Of a stretch of DNA of 64,000 nucleotides, positions 55,456 through 64,000 are shown one piece after another; the stretch's first letter is position 1; every line of letters starts with the position of its first letter. The DNA is taken from assembly GCA_964016885.1 (NCBI GenBank), contig OZ024740.1:299708001-299772000 (forward strand), in the 5' to 3' direction. The notes beneath the pieces are model-generated. The model saw only the letters and a program-made list of their open reading frames with translations. It was not told where the DNA came from and searched no databases. The position numbers were made by a program, and so were the translations under genes. The DNA comes from Eledone cirrhosa. Taxonomy: Eukaryota.

Positions 55456-55514
55456 TATATATATTTATTGAAATAAGGAACTTGTTCTTTGTTTTTATTT
55501 CGTTGTTTTTATTA

Positions 55515-55552
<38 letters not shown>

Positions 55553-56074
55553 AGAGTCAGGACCACGACGGCTGAGCTCCGGTCGTTTCAACAGCTAGAT
55601 CCGAACGATGTATATATAAATAAGGGAATCGAACTAGAAAAGCTCAGTTGTGCTAGTTCGTTGAACTTACCCATTCGCTCACGGGACTTGCACTTCGGAA
55701 GCGACGGTCCGTGATTCACTGGCGTACACATTCAGTAATTACTGGTAATATACATACATACATACATATATTCATACATATTGAATTGTACACACAACAA
55801 TTATTTTGAAGACTATTTACTGATAAATTATGGAATGAAAGTTGAGGACATAATGTACTATCGACACTACATTTATCCGTATGACGATGAGTTGATAAAC
55901 TATTGGAACGAAATATAAGATAATCTACTATAGAAATAAAATCTATATCTATAGTATTATTCTGCCGCAAGCCCCATAGTAGATATATTGTAATATTGTT
56001 TGTAAGATAGCTGATATAACTATGTATATATAGCTATACCTATATCTATATCTTTCTCTAACTATCGATCGATA

Positions 56075-56163
<89 letters not shown>

Positions 56164-56223
56164 ACATTTATGTTCAGGCACACAGGCTCCTTTGTATATA
56201 TACACACACACGAACACACAAGC

Positions 56224-56256
<33 letters not shown>

Positions 56257-56368
56257 AGTTGGAATAGAATGAAACGAAATTTCATTTCTCACTCTTAGTA
56301 CGGCACTTACTTAAATGTAAGTATGTATGTATACGTACATACATATATGTATACAGACGTACAGTAGC

Positions 56369-56442
<74 letters not shown>

Positions 56443-56630
56443 GTACACATATATATATATATATATATATATACAGGTACACATATATATATATATATAT
56501 GTACGTATCAGTTTAGTGGATATTTATTATAACGCTCGCTTTGTCCGTTTGTAAACAAACGGACAGCCTGATTTATGCCGTACGGTGTTAAGGCAACCAA
56601 GTCACCTTTTTGTTCAACACTGACACAGGA

Positions 56631-56673
56631 ACGATGTACTAGTTTCAAGCTTCCTTGCTATCGTCAGCACCGT
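56631..56673 (-). ncRNA. minimal type I hammerhead ribozyme, copy 1
   Basis: ACGGTG-CTGACGA-TAGC AAGGAA GCTT-GAAA-CTAGTA-CATCGT. Confidence 0.8.
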
Positions 56674-57115
56674 ATACCCTTCTGCCAGATGGTTGAACGT
56701 TCGAAAGTATATACTTTCCTTATGAAAATTAACGGCTGAGCAGCGTAATTTGCATACCAAGTGAGTTCAGTCGGCCAGGCGCACCGAAAACGATAAGTTG
56801 GAATAGAATGAAACGAAATTTCATTTCTCACTCTTAGTAGCGCACTTACTTAAATCTAAGTATGTATGTATACGTACATGCATATATGTATACAGACGTA
56901 CAATAGCATGTATATATATATATATATATACATACAGGTACACATATATATATATATGTACGTATCAGTTTAATGTTGAACAAAAAGGTGACGTGGTTGC
57001 CTTAACACCGTACGGCATAAATCAGGCTGTCCGTTTGTTTACAAACGGACAAAGCGAGCGTTATAATAAATGTCCACTAAACTGATACGTACATATATAT
57101 ATATATGTGTACCTG

Positions 57116-57228
<113 letters not shown>

Positions 57229-57462
57229 GCAACTGTACGTCTGTATACATATATGTATGTACGTATACATACATACTTACATTTAAGTAAGTGCCGTACT
57301 AAGAGTGAGAAATGAAATTTCGTTTCATTCTATTCCAACTTATCGTTTTCGGTGCGCCTGGCCGACCGAGCTCACTCAGTATGCAAATTAGGCTGCTCAG
57401 CCGTTAATTTTCATAAGGAAAGTATATACTTTCGAACGTTCAACCATCTGACAGAAGGGTAT

Positions 57463-57505
57463 ACGGTGCTGACGATAGCTAAGAAGCTTGAAACTAGTAC
57501 ATCGT
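57463..57505 (+). ncRNA. minimal type I hammerhead ribozyme, copy 2
   Basis: ACGGTG-CTGACGA-T-AGCT AAGA AGCT-T-GAAA-CTAGTA/CATCGT; predicted cut after A57499. Confidence 0.82.
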
Positions 57506-57923
57506 TCCTGTGTCAGTGTTGAACAAAAAGGTGACGTGGTTGCCTTAACACCGTACGGCATAAATCAGGCTGTCCGTTTGTTTACAAACGGACAAAGCGA
57601 GCGTTATAATAAATGTCCACTAAACTGATACGTACATATATATATATATGTGTACCTGTATGTATATATATATATATATATATACACATGCTACTGTACG
57701 TCTCTATACATATATGTATGTACGTATACATACATACTTACATTTAAGTAAGTGCCGTACTAAGAGTGAGAAATGAAATTTCGTTTCATTCTATTCCAAC
57801 TTATCGTATTCGGTGCGCCTGGCCGACTGAACTCACTCGGTATGCAAATTAGGCTTCTCAGCCGTTAATTTTCATAAGGAAAGTATATACTTTCGAACGT
57901 TCAACCATCTGGCAGAAGGGTAT

Positions 57924-57966
57924 ACGGTGCTGACGATAGCTAAGAAGCTTGAAACTAGTACATCGT
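57924..57966 (+). ncRNA. minimal type I hammerhead ribozyme, copy 3
   Basis: Identical to copy 2; predicted cut after A57960. Confidence 0.82.
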
Positions 57967-58116
57967 TCCTGTGTCAGTGTTGAACAAAAAGGTGACGTGG
58001 TTGCCTTAACACCGTACGGCATAAATCAGGCTGTCCGTTTGTTTACAAACGGACAAAGCGAGCGTTATAATAAATGTCCACTAAACTGATACGTACATAT
58101 ATATATATATATGTAC

Positions 58117-58252
<136 letters not shown>

Positions 58253-58298
58253 GCTACTGTACGTCTGTATACATATATGTATGTACGTATACATACAT

Positions 58299-58344
<46 letters not shown>

Positions 58345-58358
58345 ATATATATACGCAT

Positions 58359-58695
58359 GGAGGCACATGGCTTAGTGGTTAGAGCATTGGCCTTGCAATC
58401 GAAAGGTTGTGAGTTCAATTCTCAGACCGGGTGATGTGTTGTTTCCTTGAGCAAGACACTTTATTTCACACTGCTCCAGTTTACTCAGCTGTAGAAATGA
58501 GATGATAGGGACTGGGTTCCCTATCATTCCACTGCGAAGTGGACGTGTAGGCGCCACGCCAAAAAAGCACCCAGCACTCACTGTAAATGAGGTTCGTGTT
58601 AGGAAGGGCATCCAGCTGTAGAAATCAAGCCAGAATGAGTTCCCCGTCCCACCCTTGCAAGCAGGGAAAAGCGGACGTAAAATGAAATGAAATGA
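58359..58695 (+). mobile_element. tRNA-derived CORE-type SINE
   Basis: A box TGGCTTAGTGG, B box GAGTTCAATTC, CCTTGAGCAAGACACTT, 3' AGGAAGGGCATCCAGCTGTAGAAA, (GAAAT)n tail. Confidence 0.85.
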
Positions 58696-59062
58696 TAGAT
58701 GTGTGTGTGTGTTTCTTTGTTTGTGTGCGATCATGCGTGTGTATTTAAAAAGATAACTATGCTCAAGATATAGCTGTTTTGTGATTTTATTTCGTATTTT
58801 CTTATGTGACATTTGCAGCTTGTTCGAAACAATATGGTTACTAAATACATAATGAAGAGTTGCCGACTTTCAGAAACATTTCATGTGTCGTTCCTGTTTC
58901 TAATACTCTCCCTTTTGTAGTTACTAACTTCCCTTAAATGAGGATGGCCTGCTGTCTCAAATTTGATCAAGGACTCTTCCAATCATAACGGCTATCAGAA
59001 TCCTAATTATGAAATAGCTGTGGGTATGTATAGTGTCCTGAATTGGTAATGGATAAGAATAA

Positions 59063-59261
59063 TGGTTTCTGATTTATGCACAAGGCCGCCAATTTTCAGG
59101 GGGGGGGGATTCGACCCCAGTTCTTTTCTGACGCTTTATCGACACTGTAAGGATGAAAGGCGAAACTATCCTCGGCGGAATTTGAACTCAGAACTTAAAG
59201 GGCCATAACCCTCTGCTACAAAGCATGTTGTCCAGGGCTCAACCGATACTGCCAATCCACC
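59063..59261 (-). mobile_element. tRNA-derived SINE with 11 bp TSD
   Basis: 3377 family; GATAAGAATAA at 59052-59062 and 59262-59272. Confidence 0.85.
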
Positions 59262-59767
59262 GATAAGAATAACAATATTTGCCTGACAATTTCAAAACAA
59301 AATAAACTCATAAACCACAATTCATAGGGCTATGCAAAGTAGCCTGTCTTGTTGGTGATTACAGGCCTTGGTACCCTCCCTTATGTAGCATTAGGGTATT
59401 CCAAATATCTTTTCCCTTCTATTTAGCAATTCTATCACGTGGTTTGTCTTGTGTTATAAAAATAACCCATGCTAGATCCTTGCAGTCGTAGCAGAACGAG
59501 GTTAAATTAACAGAAGAACAAGCATTTCTCTCTTTCTTCCACTCCTTCTTATCTTACACACACACACACACACACACATGCACTCATACCCGCATTCACA
59601 CACTACCATCTATGTATTTATATATATGTATTTATATATATGTATTTATATATATATATATTTCTAAACAATACACTCACACCACTTTTGACTTACGGCA
59701 CACGAGGTGATGAATTCATTTTTCTGTGTGAACGTTAGTACTAGGTGTTTGTCGCATTTAATCAGAT

Positions 59768-59847
59768 TCTCTCGCTGATGATGCCCGTGGATTATCTGTT
59801 ACAAACACACTCAGGGTGAAACATTAATCCCTAATCTGTCCGAGAGA
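59768..59847 (+). ncRNA. solitary type I hammerhead ribozyme
   Basis: TCTCTCG-CTGATGA-T-GCCC...GGGT-GAAA-CA...TG-TC/CGAGAGA; perfect 7 bp stem I, GUC site. Confidence 0.75.
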
Positions 59848-60095
59848 TATAATTGTTATTGAGGCGGTTTGTATAATTTAATTTAATTTTATCATTCTGT
59901 CTGCTTCATGGTTAAATATTTCAAACAAATGTGGTTCTTCAACCCTCGCAATATTAGACACACGATTTACTGTGTTTCTTACTTCATATATAATTATAAT
60001 GCTCAGTATTTATACTTTGAGCTTGTTAATTACAGGGTTTCAGTATGAGTTATTAACTCTAACTTTCATTTATATAAATATATATTATATATATT

Positions 60096-60276
60096 AGAGT
60101 AAACATCACGGGCGCTCTATCTCAAAATTATTTTTGAAAAGCATTAGAAATGCGCAACCGGGAAGAACTTAAAACCAAAACTGAATACTAACCAATACTT
60201 ATTACTAATTTTTACTTATTCCTAATTAAACTATTTTTCACTGGGAACAATTTGTCAGCATTTTCTTTTCCTTTTA

Positions 60277-60284
<8 letters not shown>
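60096..60284 (+). repeat. single unit of the 38012-38392 palindrome family
   Basis: AGAGTAAACATCACGG...GCATTAGAAATGCGCAACCGG...TTTACCAATATA. Confidence 0.85.
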
Positions 60285-60307
<23 letters not shown>

Positions 60308-60363
60308 TTCGTTTCTGAATTTGTTTAGCAAGATTCTTTATCTGAAAACGTGTGTTGAAATCG

Positions 60364-60556
60364 ATATTATTATACTTTGGGAGGGTCATGTAACACATGC
60401 GCAAACTACGCACACAACACACACAAAAGCAAGATGGCGTAGGACAGAACAAAGCAGAGGCACAAAACAAAGAAAAGAATCCCCAGTCACTGAAGTGAAA
60501 ACACTGGTGCGTGTGTTTCTTATTGGCAACATGACCTTCCCAAAGTATAACAATAT
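60364..60556. mobile_element. MITE-like element with ~28 bp terminal inverted repeats
   Basis: ATATTATTATACTTTGGGAGGGTCATGT vs ACATGACCTTCCCAAAGTATAACAATAT (26/28 complementary). Confidence 0.6.
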
Positions 60557-60588
60557 ATATATAAAAACGAGATGTAATATAGAGATGA

Positions 60589-60680
60589 CTTCTACAGGAC
60601 TAGATCTGTTTCATTCGTATGAACTCATCAGGGATACCCAGATGATTCATCCTAATGAAACAGTTCTCGTCCTGTAGAAG
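60589..60680. repeat. short fold-back made of two truncated hammerhead motifs
   Basis: Minus arm CTGATGA-GTTC ATAC GAAT-GAAA-CAG..CTG-TA; the plus arm is a decayed mirror. Confidence 0.7.
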
Positions 60681-61387
60681 ATATTTCTATGTTAAATTTC
60701 GTTGTCCTCGATGTAATTAATTCATATTGACTGTGGTTAACCCAGATTTCGCTCGGTATAAGCTTCTCTAAATTATGTCTCAAGCGATATTATTCATTAA
60801 GATGTAATGTATAGTACGGACTGATCTTTAAATGTGTAGTATTAAATGCTAATCCTTAAATCACGAGTTGACAGACGTTTTTACATTGACTGCTATTTTA
60901 AGTAAAAAAAATTCTCATCACCTACTCTGTATTGTACAAAATTTACCTTGTTAAGTCTACGCATGCGCACATTATTGTGCGCCATGCCGGTATTACTTCA
61001 GGCGCACATGGGGTCCTGTAACAGATAAAAACATCTTATCTCTCTTACTATGAAACAGAAATCCTCTCTGAAGATCAAGCAATTTCTGACAGTAATAACT
61101 ATGCTAATTGATGGATAGGGCAAAGTCTGTTTCTTAAGAAACTGTAGAAAGGGGAATAATTTGTTAATCCCTCTAAATGTTGGCGCTTGACAAGAAGTTC
61201 ACCCCTGCGGTGAGACGCTTATAAGGTTTCTTTATTCTAAATTAATTTAGTGTGATCTTCCCTTTGGTCAATTCTGAGCTTTATTTGAATATAGATCTAT
61301 ATTTGTATTCATAAGCTTATCTGAATTATATTCTAAGAGATATTATTCATTGACATGTATTGAATATTACTGACTAATGTGTATATA

Positions 61388-61901
61388 TCTATACATATAT
61401 ATAAAACTGAAATTGTCTGTGTGTGTGTGTCCTAATTTTTGCAAAGTCTATACAAATCCACATTTCTACTCCGATTGACTTCAAACCTGCATTTATATAT
61501 TCCATGCGGTCTAGAGACATTAACTGCAGCTTTTATCTTCAATTTTCTGTTGTTAAAGGGGTGTTAGGCGCCGGTTAGCGATCTCTCTCTCTTTCTTAGT
61601 CTGTGTTTTTAGATAGATACATAGCTATAACGTCGCGCCCTTATAATATCTGTCTTTATGTCTGACTGTCTGCATCACGACATTATGACAAAAATTGTTC
61701 TGATTGCTGACGTATCATCTTCGCTATTTTCCGTCAGGGAACATCTTCACGAAGCAAAGTATCGCCTTCCTGTTTTCCTTCGGTTGCAACGTTTTTCGAA
61801 ATATTTACTTCTGCGTTCACAGATTGATTTTTTTAGTTTCAGAAGATCCCGTTAAGGGTGAAAGCAGCGATTCTTTGCTTAAACTTTAGTCTGTTATTTT
61901 A

Positions 61902-61954
<53 letters not shown>

Positions 61955-62848
61955 TATATTGTGTACAGATATTTTTGCATACACAAAAACAAAATATAAA
62001 CAAACGTATTTATTTTACGAAAGCACAGACGGCTTACGTCATTGTTACTGCCGATATGCCACCCGAAAAGTCCCACTACTTTTGGCACAAGGTCATCAAT
62101 TACATAGTAAACGGTTCGTAAATCACATGCATCACTGACGAGTTTACTCGTTACTCTACCAGTTAGTCTTAGTGTACTTCGTCCTGCTTTTACGTCATGC
62201 GTCGAATGAAGAGATACCCCATTGGCCGAAATACTGCGAAAGCTGCAAGAAAAAGAACAAGACGGGCAAACGAATCATCAATGGAATCTGCTATTCGACG
62301 GTCGCAAGATGCTGAACGTACTGCCACCAGAAGAGCACTTGAAACAGACAACCAACGAACCATTCACCGAACCGTGTCAGCTTTGCAATGTCTATCAACA
62401 AATCCCAGGGTCAGAACTAGCTGTTACTGGTTTTTTGGGGGAAGAGTCATGTTTTCAACACGGGCTGCTCAAGAGTGGGAAGCAAGACAAATCTCTTTGC
62501 ATATGCCCGACATTGAACATTGTGTACAAGGAGGTGCTACAATCATTGTTTAGGTAGAAGAGGCAGAAGGGGATACACACGAATGGTTGAAGAAGGACGA
62601 GACTGTGTTAGCAGTACGACCAACGGCTGCTATCACACCAACAGCAGCATAAACAACAACAAAAAAGAGAAGGAACGCAATTACATGCTTTTGAAAAATC
62701 TTAATGGAAAATTATTTGCCTAAACACAAAATGTAGCCACTATCCCCATGCCGAGGTATTCCGTACTTCTCTGTACTGTTTCAGAAAGGAGAGATAAACA
62801 TGCCAATCTATGTTTAGAAGCCCGAGCAACGCCGGGCCACTCTGCTAG
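61388..62848 (+). mobile_element. non-autonomous Helitron with a remnant of an STPR-like N-terminal ORF
   Basis: A|TC 5' end; GCCCGAGCAACGCCGGGC hairpin 7 nt before CTAG|T; ORF 62197-62553 with RRANESSMESAIRRSQDAERTATRRALETDNQR. Confidence 0.8.
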
Positions 62849-62851
62849 TAT

Positions 62852-62922
<71 letters not shown>

Positions 62923-63175
62923 TAGAGGGGGGGGGGGAGACCAAAGTTGCATGCGTTTACAATCAGTTATATAACTATATATAATAATACAAGGAGGATT
63001 TGTTACGTCTTCATTACGTATATTGAATATTCAATAGACGTAAAGAAGACATAACAGATCGTCCTTGTATTATTATATGTATAGTATGATTAGCCCTACA
63101 CCTTGTCACAGACGTGAATCTAAACATCGAGTGCTCACCAGGATCAACACACATTAACTGCACATTACACTCCCT

Positions 63176-63240
<65 letters not shown>

Positions 63241-63243
63241 ATA

Positions 63244-63472
63244 ATAGAATGAAACGAAATTTCATTTCTCACTCTTAGTACGGCACTTACTTAAATGTAA
63301 TATGTATGTATGTATACGTACATACATATATGTATACAGACGTACAGTAGTATGTATATATATACATATATGCACACATATATATATGCACGTATCGGTT
63401 TACCGAACATTTATTATAATGCTCGGTTTGTTTGTTTCTAAACAAACAGCCCGAATTACGCCGTACAGTGTA
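63244..63472 (-). repeat. diverged partial copy of the 56254-58298 unit (no hammerhead)
   Basis: ATAGAATGAAACGAAATTTCATTTCTCACTCTTAGTACGGCAC...GCCGTACAGTGT. Confidence 0.85.
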
Positions 63473-64000
63473 TATATATATATATAGGTCTGTGTGTGTG
63501 CGATTGTGTGTGTGTGTGTGCGAGTGATTCTATTTGTTAATCTCAGTGTTTACATATGTATATGTATGTGAGTGTATACGAGAATGATAGCTACTGTTTA
63601 TTGATACTAACATCAATTGTAGGCTTTCTAATTGCTCTTGTTCTTTTAAACGGTCTGCCATTTCACTATGGTGATTATCAATTCTGAAAACTGGTTCTAA
63701 ATTAAATAAAAAATGGTAGGTATCTATTATTCTTTTCTGATGGTGAGAAAAACTAGAAGAAACAAATAAACAAAGAAAAATAAATGAAAAGAAAGCAATG
63801 ACACATTCAAATGAATATACCGAGTTGACAAACTTACATCAATTGAGATTATCTAAAATATGTTTGACAAAAACACCCTTTAGAGGTGTTTACTCTCTAA
63901 ACAGAATTAAAGTACTCTCGGCTCTCGAATATTTGTTTCTCCTGTTTATTATTGTTTCAGATTTCTCCCCTCCCCACTTATTACATTTTTCTAATATGTC

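Noticed and set aside
58359-58430. tRNA gene
   Set aside because: Continues into a CORE-SINE body; no complete cloverleaf

Overview
AT-rich, microsatellite-dense eukaryotic intergenic or intronic DNA, most likely from an octopod cephalopod (inferred from the SINE families recognised). No host gene could be called with confidence. About 1-13.4 kb is a stack of non-LTR retrotransposons: two Tx1/L1-type, several R4/Dong-type with a restriction-like endonuclease, and SINEs, clustered on (TAA)n tracts. Further along are a near-intact RTE RT ORF, Vingi-like, CR1-like and RTE relics, a full-length decayed CsRn1-clade Gypsy element (29218-35212), non-autonomous Helitrons and a complex minisatellite. 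The most interesting signal is non-coding. A 460-540 bp tandem repeat (56254-58298) carries one minimal type I hammerhead ribozyme per unit, which makes it a candidate retrozyme or circRNA-producing element. Several unrelated hammerhead and hammerhead-like motifs also occur, mostly in head-to-head inverted (fold-back) elements whose two ends sit in TA-rich sequence. All folds and alignments were done by eye.
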